The position numbers and the translations under genes were made by a program. The notes beneath the pieces are model-generated. The model was not told the origin of the DNA. It did no database searches and saw only the letters and a list, made by a program, of their open reading frames with translations. From Aquabacterium sp. (GTDB lineage: Bacteria > Pseudomonadota > Gammaproteobacteria > Burkholderiales > Burkholderiaceae_C), in contig NZ_DASUIN010000026.1 of the NCBI RefSeq assembly GCF_036273115.1, forward strand, positions 21,653-85,652: 64,000 bases of DNA, in the 5' to 3' direction. Shown here piece after piece: positions 46,468 through 56,291 of this stretch (its first letter is position 1; each line of letters begins with the position of its first letter).

Positions 46468-47544
46468 ATGGCAGTCGGTCGGGTGATGATGAACGCCCAG
46501 CACAGCCGCTGGCCCCGCATGCTGTTGGGTGGGGCGACGTTGTTGATCGCCGGGTGGCTCGGTTGGGCTTATCTCAATCGCCCGATCGCCGATGTCAACC
46601 AGCTGCTCGACAAGCCCGAAGGCATGTCGAGCTGGATGTCACCCTCGGTGGGCGTCAATGCCACCGAGGCTCCCGTTCCGACTTTCAAAACCGGTCTGGA
46701 GGGCTTGCCGCGCTCCTTGGCCGGCACCGAAGTGGCGGGTGAACTGCGCGAGGATGCGCAGGGGGCTCTGATCATCGAGCGCGGTGTACGCGATGTGTTC
46801 GACTATTTTCTGTCGAGCCGTGGCGAACAAGCCGACGCGGTGATCGATGCCCGTATCCGAGCCTATGTGAAAAACCGTCTGCGACCGCCGGCAGCGCAGC
46901 AGGCTCTGGCTTTGCTCGATGCCTATCTGGGCTATCTGCAGCGGCTCGATGGGGTGGCTTCGCAGTCGCGTGGGGGAGCGTCCATGGAGCCCGTCGAGCG
47001 ATTGGCTTTGCTGAATCGACTGCGCGCGGGCAGCTTCACACCCGATGTGGTGCAGGCCTTCTTCGGGCTGGAGCAGTTGTATGACCAATACACGGTAGAC
47101 AAGATCGCCGTGTTCAACGATCGCGGGCTGACCCCGGTGCAAAAGACGGAAAAGCTCAAGGCCTTGAGGCAGGCATTGCCAGCCGATCTGCAAAGCAGCC
47201 TCGACGCGACTGAAGTGGCGCAAAGCCTGGAGGCGGTCACGCAGGAATGGCGTCAGCGTGCGGGCTCGGTGGCCGAGTTGCGCACGGTCCGTGAAAACCT
47301 GGTTGGGCCCGAGGCGGCGGACCGCCTGGAGGCGCTCGACCGAGAAAACCAGGCCTGGCAGGCCCGCATTCAGGCTTATCTCCAGGCCCGCTCAGCCATT
47401 CAGGCCGATGCCAGCCTGGCCGACGCGATCAAGCAGGAGCGCATTCATGCCTTGATGAAAGCCAGCTTCTCCGCTGGCGAACAGATCCGGGCTGAGTCGT
47501 ACGAGCGCATGGCCGACCAGAAGCAGCTGGCTCAGTTGCCCTGA
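46468..47544 (+). CDS. lif: Lipase-specific foldase (Lif), copy 2
   Basis: The ATG is 2 nt after the lipase stop, with AGGAG inside the lipase 3' end. TM anchor. LLDAYLGYL...AFFG...AADRLEALDRENQAWQARIQAY. Confidence 0.9.
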   Translation: MAVGRVMMNAQHSRWPRMLLGGATLLIAGWLGWAYLNRPIADVNQLLDKPEGMSSWMSPSVGVNATEAPVPTFKTGLEGLPRSLAGTEVAGELREDAQGALIIERGVRDVFDYFLSSRGEQADAVIDARIRAYVKNRLRPPAAQQALALLDAYLGYLQRLDGVASQSRGGASMEPVERLALLNRLRAGSFTPDVVQAFFGLEQLYDQYTVDKIAVFNDRGLTPVQKTEKLKALRQALPADLQSSLDATEVAQSLEAVTQEWRQRAGSVAELRTVRENLVGPEAADRLEALDRENQAWQARIQAYLQARSAIQADASLADAIKQERIHALMKASFSAGEQIRAESYERMADQKQLAQLP

Positions 47545-47638
47545 GCTCAGGGCTGCGCGCTGACAGCCGAATCATCGTTTGTCTGAACAGACAGACCTGA
47601 TTGCGCCCGATACGATTTCGCGATCTTGACCGACTCCT

Positions 47639-48673
47639 ATGCAGTGCACTGATTTTGCCCACGATCCGTCTGACGGCTATACCGTCAGCGTGGGCTACGT
47701 GCGCGCTTTGCTCGAGTTCCTGCAACAGCAGGCCATTGCCCCCGAGGCGATTTGCCCCAGTGCTGATCGCCTGCGTGAATTGTCGAGTCTGGACAGCAGT
47801 GCGCGCTGCGAGGTGCGTGAGTGGGAGGCCCTGATGGCGGCCGCCGAAGCCCAGTTGCAAGACCCGCTTCTGGCGCTGACCCTCTCGGCCGAGCTCAAGC
47901 CTCGGCATGCCGGCCTGATGGGCTTTCTCGCGATGACCAGTGGCACCTTGCGCGATGTGGGGGGCGTGGTGGCTCGCTTTCATCACTTGCTCAACGACAT
48001 CGAAACCGTCGAGGCCTATGTGGAAGGCACGCACTTTGTGCTCGAGGTGCGTCAGATGACGCCGACGCGTTCGAATCGCTTGACGCTTCTGACGCTGGGC
48101 TCCTGGGTCTGGTATGCGCGTTGGTTGACAGGGCGTGACGACATCCGGTTCCATGTAGACCTGATGCAACCCCCGCCACCTGCCATCGACCAGCATTGGG
48201 CCTTCTTTGGCGGCGAACTGCGCTTCAACCAGCCGCGCAACGCCTTGCGGGGAGATCGTGACTACCTCAAACTCACGGTCACTCAGCAAGAGCCCCTGGT
48301 CAACCGCATCCTCCAGCAGCAGGCTCAGGCCCAGCTCGACCGCTTGTCGAGCCGCTTGGGCAGCTTCCTGCATCGCCTGGAGCGTCTGCTCAAAGGGCAG
48401 TTGCAGCAGGGCGAGGTCACGCTGGCGGCCCTGGCTTCCGAGCTGAACATGTCGCCCCGCACCCTCCAGAATCGGTTGGAAGCCTCGGGTATGAATTTTC
48501 GTACCGTGGTAGATCGGGTGCGCCAGAGCCAGGCCGAGTCTTATCTGCGTGACTCGGGTTTGCCGCTCATTGAAATTGCCTTGCGACTCGGTTTTGCCAA
48601 CCAGACCAGTTTTCATCACGCATTCAAGCGCTGGACGGGAAAATCTCCCGGCGAATACCGCCGCCAGAGTTGA
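47639..48673 (+). CDS. AraC-family transcriptional regulator (OruR/AraC-type with N-terminal ligand-binding domain)
   Basis: C-terminal HTH ...IALRLGFANQTSFHHAFKRWTGKSPGEYR. Confidence 0.9.
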   Translation: MQCTDFAHDPSDGYTVSVGYVRALLEFLQQQAIAPEAICPSADRLRELSSLDSSARCEVREWEALMAAAEAQLQDPLLALTLSAELKPRHAGLMGFLAMTSGTLRDVGGVVARFHHLLNDIETVEAYVEGTHFVLEVRQMTPTRSNRLTLLTLGSWVWYARWLTGRDDIRFHVDLMQPPPPAIDQHWAFFGGELRFNQPRNALRGDRDYLKLTVTQQEPLVNRILQQQAQAQLDRLSSRLGSFLHRLERLLKGQLQQGEVTLAALASELNMSPRTLQNRLEASGMNFRTVVDRVRQSQAESYLRDSGLPLIEIALRLGFANQTSFHHAFKRWTGKSPGEYRRQS

Positions 48674-48688
48674 GCGTCGGCTTATGAT

Positions 48689-50548
48689 TTGCCGATGATC
48701 TCCGTGGACAGGCTTGTACCCAGACTGGCGCGATGGTGGGCCATCGCCTTGTTTTTCCTGCTCGGCGCCTCCATGGGGGCACGTGCCGTGCCGATCGAGG
48801 TTGCCGTCGGTGGGGCTGAGCGCCAGATCAATCTGGGCATGAACAGCCAATTGCTCGAAGACGCCACGGGCTCCTTGACGCTCGCCGACGTCATTCAGCG
48901 CGACCGTGACTGGTCGGCGTATCACGGCGACAGCTACAACCTGGGTTTTTCTCGCTCCACATGGTGGGTGCGCATGCGTGTGCATTACCGTGGAGATTTA
49001 CCGGCGCGGCGCATTCTGGAGGTGGCGTCGGCCCTGCAGGATGAAATTGACTTTTATGTGGTCAGGTCGGACGGCACAGTCTTGCAGAGCGTCCAGACCG
49101 GCGATCGGCGTCCGTTTGAAAACCGCCCCGTCCACAGCCGCGTACCGACCTTCCATGTCGACTTTGCGCCCAACCAGACGCTTGACATCTATGTGCGACT
49201 GGGAAGCCATGATGGGTTGCAAGAAGCCACCATGTTCAAGCTGTGGCAGCCCGATGCCCATGTGCAATCGGTGCAATCAGAGACCTTGGCATTTGGCCTG
49301 TACTACGGCACCCTGATCACGGTTCTGCTGTACCACCTGTTTCTGTTCATCTCGACCCGCCAGCGCTCCTTCGCCTGGTATTGCGGCTACGTGTCGGCCT
49401 TTCTGTTCTGGAGTTTTGCCTTCCGAGGCTACGCCTTCCAATACCTCTGGCCCGATTCACCTGATTTCAACAATCAGATCTTGCCCATGGCAGCGGCGGC
49501 TTGCTATGCCATGTTCGGTGCGTTCATGGTCTCGTATCTGCAAACCGCGCGGCGGGCGCCCCGGTTCATGCATCGCGCCATCCTGGCATCGATTGCTGGC
49601 AGCGTCATCTGTGTGACACCGGCATTGTGGGACCGCTATGCCTTGTCGTTTGCCTTGAGCATTCCTTTTGGCGTGGTTCAGATTGTGCTGGCCCTGATCA
49701 TCGGTTCGTGGCTGGCGGTGGGTGGGTACCGGCCGGCACGGTACTTCATCATGGCCTTTTTCATGCTGGCCGTGGGCGTGGTCCTTTACTACACCCGTGT
49801 CCTGGGTGTGGTGCCCTCGAACATCCTGACGGAAAACTTCCTGCAGATCGGCTCGGCGCTGGAGGTGTTGTTGCTCGCCTTTGGTCTGGCCGACCGCATG
49901 AACACCCTGCGCGCGGAGAAACTGGCGGCCGAGCGCCAGGCTCTGGCCGCGCAGGAGGCGCTCACCACTGAGTTGGAGAACCTGGTGCAGCGGCGCACTC
50001 GGGCGCTTGAATCGGCCAACCAACGGCTGGCAGCGATGGCCATCACCGATGAGCTGACGGGCGCCTACAACCGACGCCATTTCAATACTGCGCTACAGGC
50101 CGAAGTGGCGCGGCACAAGCGGCACCATTGCCCTTTGGTGCTGTGCATGGCTGACATCGACGAGTTCAAGCGCTACAACGACCGTTACGGGCATCTGGCG
50201 GGCGATCGCGTGTTGCAGCAGGTCGCTCAGACGGTCAAGCAGAACCTGCAGCGCGCGGGTGATCAGTTCTTCCGCTTAGGGGGCGAAGAGTTCGCCTTGA
50301 TCTTGAACGTCAACGAGCCGTGGGAGCGCACGCAGGAGTTTGTCGAGCGCATTCGAGCCGACATCGAGGCGCTTGGCATCGAGCATGACAAATCGGCCCA
50401 GGGGGTCATCACGTGTAGCTTTGGCTTGCTGTGGGTTTTGCCCGACTCCACCTTGGCACGCGCCGAAGACATCTATGCATCGGCCGATGCCTTGCTGTAT
50501 CAAGCCAAGGCAGCGGGTCGCAACTGTGTCATTTCACAGATGGCCTGA
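48689..50548 (+). CDS. 7TMR-DISM (extracellular DISMED2 plus 7TM) diguanylate cyclase
   Basis: Signal peptide. ...STWWVRMRV... DISMED2-like region, seven hydrophobic helices, coiled coil, RAGD-x5-GGEEF. Confidence 0.9.
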   Translation: MPMISVDRLVPRLARWWAIALFFLLGASMGARAVPIEVAVGGAERQINLGMNSQLLEDATGSLTLADVIQRDRDWSAYHGDSYNLGFSRSTWWVRMRVHYRGDLPARRILEVASALQDEIDFYVVRSDGTVLQSVQTGDRRPFENRPVHSRVPTFHVDFAPNQTLDIYVRLGSHDGLQEATMFKLWQPDAHVQSVQSETLAFGLYYGTLITVLLYHLFLFISTRQRSFAWYCGYVSAFLFWSFAFRGYAFQYLWPDSPDFNNQILPMAAAACYAMFGAFMVSYLQTARRAPRFMHRAILASIAGSVICVTPALWDRYALSFALSIPFGVVQIVLALIIGSWLAVGGYRPARYFIMAFFMLAVGVVLYYTRVLGVVPSNILTENFLQIGSALEVLLLAFGLADRMNTLRAEKLAAERQALAAQEALTTELENLVQRRTRALESANQRLAAMAITDELTGAYNRRHFNTALQAEVARHKRHHCPLVLCMADIDEFKRYNDRYGHLAGDRVLQQVAQTVKQNLQRAGDQFFRLGGEEFALILNVNEPWERTQEFVERIRADIEALGIEHDKSAQGVITCSFGLLWVLPDSTLARAEDIYASADALLYQAKAAGRNCVISQMA

Positions 50549-50556
50549 GTGAGGCC

Positions 50557-51453
50557 TCAGCGGCCCTGAGAGGCGTTGCTCAGTTCGCGTTGCGACTGCA
50601 ACATGCCGTAGGCTGGCACCACCTCCCCGTGTCGGTCGGTGACCTGATCGAGTTCCTGCAACAGCACTTCGGCTGCATCCGGTCGCGCGCCCAGGTACAG
50701 GCCTTCCGTCAAGGTCACATGAGCGGCAGCAAATGTGCCAGCGCCGGCGCACAGAATGGTGCGGCTGGGTGCGTCGTCGCACACCAGCATCAGCAAGCCG
50801 GGTGTGACGCGTTCGGGCTGAAATTGGGCCAGCACTTCGGGCGTCAGAATGCCCTCGGTCATCTGGGTGGCGGCAGTCGGCGCCAGACAGTTGACCCGGA
50901 CGTTGGTTTTCTCGCCTTCCAGTGACAGGGTTTGCATCAGGCCCACCAGCGCCATCTTGGCCGCCCCATAGTTGGCTTGACCAAAGTTGCCAAACAGGCC
51001 CGACGAAGAGGTGGTGAAGACGATGCGCCCGAACTGCTGTGTCTTCATGGTGTCCCAGACGGCTTTGGTGCAGTTGACCGCACCCATCAGGTGAACATCG
51101 ACCACCAGACGGAAGTCATCCAGCGACATTTTCGAGAAGCTCTTGTCTCGCAAGATACCCGCGTTGTTGACGAGGATGTCGATGCGGCCCCAACGCGCCA
51201 CGGTTTCGTCGGCCATGCGCTGCATGGCGGCTGCATCGGTGACCGACCCGGCAAAGCCGATGGCCTGGCCCCCTGCAGCGACGATTTCATCGACCACGGC
51301 TTGCGGGTCGCCCATGTCATTGACCACCACTTTGGCGCCGCGCGCTGCCAGTGCAAGCGCGTGCGCGCGTCCCAGACCGGCCCCAGCTCCGGTGACGATG
51401 GCCACACGGTTGTCGAAACGAATGGCGGAGGAGGCGGTGGTGTTTGAACTCAT
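50557..51453 (-). CDS. SDR-family oxidoreductase (3-hydroxyacyl-CoA dehydrogenase / MFE-2 N-terminal-like)
   Basis: VAIVTGAGAGLGRAHAL...VVVNDMG, NNAG, and YGAAK motifs. Confidence 0.9.
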   Translation of the reverse strand: MSSNTTASSAIRFDNRVAIVTGAGAGLGRAHALALAARGAKVVVNDMGDPQAVVDEIVAAGGQAIGFAGSVTDAAAMQRMADETVARWGRIDILVNNAGILRDKSFSKMSLDDFRLVVDVHLMGAVNCTKAVWDTMKTQQFGRIVFTTSSSGLFGNFGQANYGAAKMALVGLMQTLSLEGEKTNVRVNCLAPTAATQMTEGILTPEVLAQFQPERVTPGLLMLVCDDAPSRTILCAGAGTFAAAHVTLTEGLYLGARPDAAEVLLQELDQVTDRHGEVVPAYGMLQSQRELSNASQGR

Positions 51454-51604
51454 GGTGGGTGGGGGAGTCTGTTTGGGATCGACCGTTTGGCCGATTCCCC
51501 CTTCAGTGGGGGCTCGGCGTCACAGTTTGCTGACATGTGAACGATACCATCCGACCCCGGGCCGTCCCGGAACCCAAGCCAATATCAAACAGAGAGGAAA
51601 TCAC

Positions 51605-52624
51605 ATGAACCCCATTCACATCCTGCGCGCGTCTCGCGTTCAAGCTCTGGCCTTCACGGTCGTGTCGGCGGCCGCCTTGACAGCCTGCGGCGGTGGTGGT
51701 GGCGGCGACAACAGTGGCCCTGCCCAGCCTTCATCCCTGCAACGATTCGCGATCAACGAGGGCAATTACAAGGACGTGATCAGCACGTCTGGTGCGGCCA
51801 CCATGCAGGCCACGCAGCCCAGTGGCGCCGCCTCGTTGGTGGGTGTGCAAGCGCGCACCGGCAACTGGATGAGCTGGGTTCAGGCCGTGATCGAGCAAGT
51901 TCGCGCCACTCCCGCAATGGATCGCTCGTTGCTGGGCGTGGAACAGTCGATTCCCTGCGCGTCCGGTTCGGGTACGGTGGTCTACACCGACACCAACAAG
52001 AACGACGTGGTGGATGGTGGCGATGTGTTCCAGGCCGATTTCCGAGCCTGTCAGGCCGTGGATGGGTCGGGCAAGTACGACGGCAAATTCGTCATGACGG
52101 TTCAGAACGTTTCGGGTAATGCCGAAGGACGTGCTGCGAAGCTGGCCTTCACCTCCTTGAAGGTCGAGCAGGCTGATTTCAAGGGCACCATTGACGGCAA
52201 CATGTTGTTGGTCACCACCACCGATCTGCTCATGATCAATGCGCCCGAGCTGAAACTCTCGACCTCAGCGGCTGGTGCGGCCGTGGTCGAATCGTGGACC
52301 CACTTCCAGTTCTCGGTCGAGGCTGCCAGCGGTGGCTTCTCGGCGGGTTCGCGCATGACGTTTGGTGGTTCCTTGGTCAGCAGTGAGCTGGGCAACAAGC
52401 AAGTTGACATCAGCACCCCGGTGGCGCTGGTCTTTGACGGGGAAGCCGAGGCGCCGAGCGCGGGGTCGATGCTCGTCAGTGGTGCGAACGGCTCGACGGC
52501 GACCGTGACGGTCGCCAGCAGTACCTCGGTCATTCTGGCTGTCGACGCCAATGGCGACGGCAAGCCTGAGCAATCGAGCACCACGACCTGGAACGAGTTC
52601 CTGGGCGGTGCGGCGCCTTTGTGA
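51605..52624 (+). CDS. Hypothetical lipoprotein with two DxNxDG-type (calcium-loop-like) motifs
   Basis: GAGAGGAAA RBS. Lipobox LTAC followed by a GGGGGG linker. DTNKNDVVDGGD and DANGDGKPE. The ORF-track extension to 51143 is antisense shadow of the SDR gene. Confidence 0.7.
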   Translation: MNPIHILRASRVQALAFTVVSAAALTACGGGGGGDNSGPAQPSSLQRFAINEGNYKDVISTSGAATMQATQPSGAASLVGVQARTGNWMSWVQAVIEQVRATPAMDRSLLGVEQSIPCASGSGTVVYTDTNKNDVVDGGDVFQADFRACQAVDGSGKYDGKFVMTVQNVSGNAEGRAAKLAFTSLKVEQADFKGTIDGNMLLVTTTDLLMINAPELKLSTSAAGAAVVESWTHFQFSVEAASGGFSAGSRMTFGGSLVSSELGNKQVDISTPVALVFDGEAEAPSAGSMLVSGANGSTATVTVASSTSVILAVDANGDGKPEQSSTTTWNEFLGGAAPL

Positions 52625-53460
52625 ACCTGGGGTCGCTGCCTGGTTGGCGAGCCAGCGCTGTGGGCTGCCTTGGCGCAGCCCTGGCGCTGATTTCGCCCTC
52701 TATGGTGCAGGCTCAGTCTGGATGGGCTCTTGAGTTTGCGCCAGTGGTGCAGGCCAGCCACTGGCGCGAGTTCGATGCGCAGGGCGCTCGCTTGCTGAGG
52801 GAAGAGGGCGTCTTGCGGGGCGCGCAGCTGAAGTTGCAAACGCACTGGGCGGGTGTGCAGTGGTCCGTTGCCGCCCAAGGGGTATCGGGGCTGCGCCACT
52901 ACGACGGTCAGGACAACGCGGGCGCGGCTGCGCAAACCGATGTGCAGGTGGGCTCGCGCCAATGGTCGCTCGCCGGACTGTATCGCTGGTCTACTGGGTT
53001 CCTGATGGGCGTCGAGGCTCAAGGTCGCCATCTCAAGCGCCAGTTGCTTGACGTGCCCGGTGGTGCCAGTGGGTATACCGAGCGTTGGCATGGCGACATG
53101 GTCTGGTGGCGTCTAGGCTATGCCATGCCCATGGGCGCCGGGGTGGCGCAGTTGACGGGAGCATGGGCCCCATGGGCTCGTTCTGCTCTGGATCTGGACA
53201 TGCCGGGATATGCCCCGACCCGCTTGCGGCCTGTGCAGGATCGGGCCGTGCAGGTGCAGGCCGGCTGGCTCAGCGGCCCGGGGGCCAGTGGGCTGCCTGG
53301 GTGGCAGTGGGGCATCAGCAGCGTGGTCGAACAGCGGTGTTTCGATCGCAGTGAAGCCGTGCCACTCAAGCGCCTTGGGCGACTGGTGGGTGTGGTCAGG
53401 CAGCCGCAGACCGAAGAGTTCGGCATTTCGGTTTCCTTGCAGTTGCAGCATCACTGGTAA
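52621..53460 (+). CDS. Putative outer-membrane beta-barrel protein
   Basis: The GTG overlaps the lipoprotein stop (GTGA). Signal peptide ...SMVQA. Alternating hydrophobic pattern, aromatic C-terminus ...LQLQHHW. Confidence 0.55.
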   Translation: MNLGSLPGWRASAVGCLGAALALISPSMVQAQSGWALEFAPVVQASHWREFDAQGARLLREEGVLRGAQLKLQTHWAGVQWSVAAQGVSGLRHYDGQDNAGAAAQTDVQVGSRQWSLAGLYRWSTGFLMGVEAQGRHLKRQLLDVPGGASGYTERWHGDMVWWRLGYAMPMGAGVAQLTGAWAPWARSALDLDMPGYAPTRLRPVQDRAVQVQAGWLSGPGASGLPGWQWGISSVVEQRCFDRSEAVPLKRLGRLVGVVRQPQTEEFGISVSLQLQHHW

Positions 53461-53480
53461 GCGCCCGCCACAATCGGGGC

Positions 53481-54410
53481 ATGCAGACAATTTCCTTGCA
53501 AGCGCGGCTGGCTCCAGCTCGGCCGCCCTTTTTGTTGTTGGCCCTGTCGTGCGTGGGCTTGGGTCTGGCCCTGGCGTGGCGGGTGGCCGGGCCCGCCCAC
53601 ACTTTCTGGCTGGATGCCCTGGGGGCCTTGATCGGGGGTGTGGCCGCCCACGTGGCGGTCAATGCGCTCAACGAGTACGTGGACTTCCGCTCGGGCCTGG
53701 ATCTCCTCACGCAACGCACGCCCTTCAGTGGGGGCAGTGGCGCTTTGCCCGCCCATCCGCAATTGGCAAGATATGCCTTGTTCATGGGCGCTGCTGCCGC
53801 CGCCTTGACGGTGTTCATTGGCGGCCTCTTCATGTGGGTGCATCCTGAGCGACTGCCTTTGTTGCTGCCCATCGGTTTGTTGGGGCTGACCTTGGTGGTG
53901 TCCTACACGCCGTGGATCACACGCATGCCCACGCTGTGCCTGGTAGCGCCAGGGCTTGGCTTTGGCCCGGTCATGGTGCTGGGCACCTTGGTGGCCCTGA
54001 CGGGGCAGATGTCGTGGCAGGCGATCGCATTGAGCGCCATCCCCTTTTTCCTGACGAACAACCTGTTGTTGCTCAATCAGTTTCCTGATGTCGAGGCGGA
54101 CCGGCAAGTCGGGCGCCGAACCGCCCCGATGGTCTGGGGCTTGCGCGTGTCGACGCAGGTCATTGGGCTGCAGTGGGGCATGGCAGGTTTGGTCCTGGCT
54201 GGTTTGCTGGTCGGTGGCCAGATGCCCGGGCCGAGCGGGTTCTGGTGGAGCGTGTTGGTTGTCCTGTTTCTGGGGCTGAGCCGCGTTTGGCGCGATCTTT
54301 GGCGCCACGCCCAAGCCCCTGCCTCGCCAGTTCCGCCGGGCATGGCTGTGAACGTGGCCTTGACGGTCGGCTTCCCATGGGTCATCGCCGCCGGGGTGCT
54401 GTGGGGATAA
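53481..54410 (+). CDS. UbiA-family prenyltransferase
   Basis: NALNEYVDFRSGLD (NxxxDxxxD-type) first Asp-rich motif, a second motif around NQFPDVEADR, and about 8-9 TM helices. Confidence 0.8.
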   Translation: MQTISLQARLAPARPPFLLLALSCVGLGLALAWRVAGPAHTFWLDALGALIGGVAAHVAVNALNEYVDFRSGLDLLTQRTPFSGGSGALPAHPQLARYALFMGAAAAALTVFIGGLFMWVHPERLPLLLPIGLLGLTLVVSYTPWITRMPTLCLVAPGLGFGPVMVLGTLVALTGQMSWQAIALSAIPFFLTNNLLLLNQFPDVEADRQVGRRTAPMVWGLRVSTQVIGLQWGMAGLVLAGLLVGGQMPGPSGFWWSVLVVLFLGLSRVWRDLWRHAQAPASPVPPGMAVNVALTVGFPWVIAAGVLWG

Positions 54411-54420
54411 AACCCCTTCA

Positions 54421-54437
54421 GTCTTATGGTTTAAGAC
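54421..54437. promoter_or_regulatory. Candidate TetR operator (inverted repeat GTCTTA-N5-TAAGAC)
   Basis: Perfect 6-bp arms 22 nt upstream of the tetR ATG, next to the -10-like TATTAT at 54447-54452. Confidence 0.45.
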
Positions 54438-54458
54438 GACTGGTCATATTATGTCGGC

Positions 54459-55064
54459 ATGCCACGCACCGCCGACAAAAACGACATCCCCCAGCGCCTG
54501 ACCGAGGCCGGCTACCTGCTGTTCACCCGGTTGGGCTACAACGCCACCGGCATTCAGCAGATTGCGGACGAAGCCGGCGTGCCCAAGGGGTCGTTTTACA
54601 ACCACTTCGACAGCAAAGAAGCCTTTGCGGCGGTCATCATCCGCCAATACACCGATTGGGTGCATGAGGCCTGGGGCAACTGTGTCAGCGAGGCCCCGTG
54701 TCAGGCCCAGGACGATGCCTTGGGCGTGATGCGCTATGTCTTCGAGCGCTTCATTCGCCACCACGAGCAGGCCACCACACCCGGCTGTCTGGTGGGCAAT
54801 TTTGCGGCCGAGGTGGCCGAGTCCAGCCCCACCTGCCGTGCCGTCCTGGGCAGTGCCATGCAGGAGTGGCGCACCTTGCTGGCCGGCCTGATGGCCTTAG
54901 GGCAGCAGCAAGGGCAGATCAGAACCGACCGCAGTGCCATCGACCTGGCCGCCTTTTTCTGGGATGTCTGGGAAGGCGCCTTGCTGCGCATGAAGATCGA
55001 ACACAACTCTCAACCCCTCAAGGACGCGGTTCAGCTGATGCTGGATCACTTTCTGCGTCCCTGA
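54459..55064 (+). CDS. TetR/AcrR-family transcriptional regulator
   Basis: HTH GYNATGIQQIADEAGVPKGSFYNHF. Confidence 0.9.
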   Translation: MPRTADKNDIPQRLTEAGYLLFTRLGYNATGIQQIADEAGVPKGSFYNHFDSKEAFAAVIIRQYTDWVHEAWGNCVSEAPCQAQDDALGVMRYVFERFIRHHEQATTPGCLVGNFAAEVAESSPTCRAVLGSAMQEWRTLLAGLMALGQQQGQIRTDRSAIDLAAFFWDVWEGALLRMKIEHNSQPLKDAVQLMLDHFLRP

Positions 55065-55099
55065 ATCCTTTCCAACCGCTCACTGTCTGGAGAACCCTC

Positions 55100-56200
55100 A
55101 TGGCAAATGAAGCCAATTCCCCTCTGTTCCAGCCCCTGAAACTGGGCCGCATTGAACTGGCCAACCGCATGGTCATGGCCCCGTTGACCCGCAACCGCGC
55201 GGGCGAAGGCAACGTGCCTGGCGACATGACCGTGGAGTACTACGCGCAGCGCGCCTCTGTGGGGCTGATCGTGGCCGAAGCCACGCAGGTGTCGGCACAG
55301 GCGCAGGGCTATGTCTCGACGCCCGGTTTGCACACCCCTGAGCAAGTTGCCGGCTGGCGCAAAGTAACCGATGCCGTGCACCAACGCGGTGGTCGCATCT
55401 TTGTGCAGTTGTGGCACACCGGCCGCATGTCGCACACCGCGTTCCAGCCCGATGAGAAGGCACCCGTGGCTCCTTCGGCCATTGCCGCCAAAGCCAAGAC
55501 CTACATCCCTGGCGTGGGCTACACCGACACATCGGTGCCGCGTGCCCTGGAAACGGCTGAAATTGCCGGCATCGTCCATGACTTCCGTACCGCGGCGCGC
55601 AACGCCATCGAGGCGGGCTTTGATGGCGTGGAAATTCACGGCGCTCACGGTTATCTGATTGACGCCTTCCTGCGCGACGGTTCCAACCACCGCACCGACC
55701 AGTATGGCGGCAGCATTGAAAACCGCGCCCGCTTCCTGCTGGAAGTGATGCAGGCTGTGACCGAAGAGATCGGCGCAGACCGCGTCGGCATCCGCATTTC
55801 GCCTGTGTCGCCCGTCAACGATTCAAGCGAAAGCCAGCCGCAGCCGCTGTTCGAGTACGTGGTGCGTGAACTCAACAAGATCAAGCCCGTGTACATCCAC
55901 GTGGTGGAAGGCGCCACAGGGGGGCCGCGTGACAACGCCCCGTTCGACTACGAAGCCCTGCGTCGTCTGTACGACGGGGTCTGGATGGTGAACAACGGCT
56001 ACACCAAGGAAATGGCCGAGGCGGCTCTGCAGGAAGGGCGTGGTCAGTTGGTGTCGTTTGGGCGCTTGATGATCTCGAACCCTGATCTGCCACGCCGCTT
56101 CCGTGAGAACGCCCCGTTGGCACCGCTGTTTGCCGATGCGCCTTTGTACGGTGGTGTGGGTCCACACGGTTACACCGACTATCCGGCCTTGCCAGCCTGA
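55100..56200 (+). CDS. Old Yellow Enzyme-family NADH:flavin oxidoreductase / alkene (N-ethylmaleimide-type) reductase
   Basis: LFQPLKLG...L.NR.VMAPLTR.RA, GFDGVEIHGAHGYL, and GRL.ISNPDLP motifs. GGAGA RBS upstream of the ATG at 55100. Confidence 0.95.
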   Translation: MANEANSPLFQPLKLGRIELANRMVMAPLTRNRAGEGNVPGDMTVEYYAQRASVGLIVAEATQVSAQAQGYVSTPGLHTPEQVAGWRKVTDAVHQRGGRIFVQLWHTGRMSHTAFQPDEKAPVAPSAIAAKAKTYIPGVGYTDTSVPRALETAEIAGIVHDFRTAARNAIEAGFDGVEIHGAHGYLIDAFLRDGSNHRTDQYGGSIENRARFLLEVMQAVTEEIGADRVGIRISPVSPVNDSSESQPQPLFEYVVRELNKIKPVYIHVVEGATGGPRDNAPFDYEALRRLYDGVWMVNNGYTKEMAEAALQEGRGQLVSFGRLMISNPDLPRRFRENAPLAPLFADAPLYGGVGPHGYTDYPALPA

Positions 56201-56207
56201 ATGGCTC

Positions 56208-56234
56208 GAGGGAACTAGCGGCTTTCCCTCTTTT
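56208..56234 (+). terminator. Rho-independent terminator after the OYE reductase gene
   Basis: GAGGGAA-(9-nt loop)-TTCCCTC followed by TTTT, starting 8 nt after the stop at 56198-56200. Confidence 0.7.
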
Positions 56235-56291
56235 GTGAGGGGGGCGTCTGGGGTAGAAAGCTGGTTTGCGATCCAGCAGGAAGTTCCAGCG

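Noticed and set aside
47429-48985. 518-aa minus-strand ORF across the AraC gene and neighbouring gene ends
   Set aside because: It is antisense to a clear AraC HTH gene. It also crosses two intergenic regions, which real genes seldom do in such a compact arrangement.
56103-56291. ORF-track start of the hybrid kinase at 56103, overlapping the OYE gene by 98 nt
   Set aside because: The extension runs through the OYE stop and a canonical terminator (56208-56234). A TTG at 56292 with an AGGAAG RBS yields a proper signal peptide.
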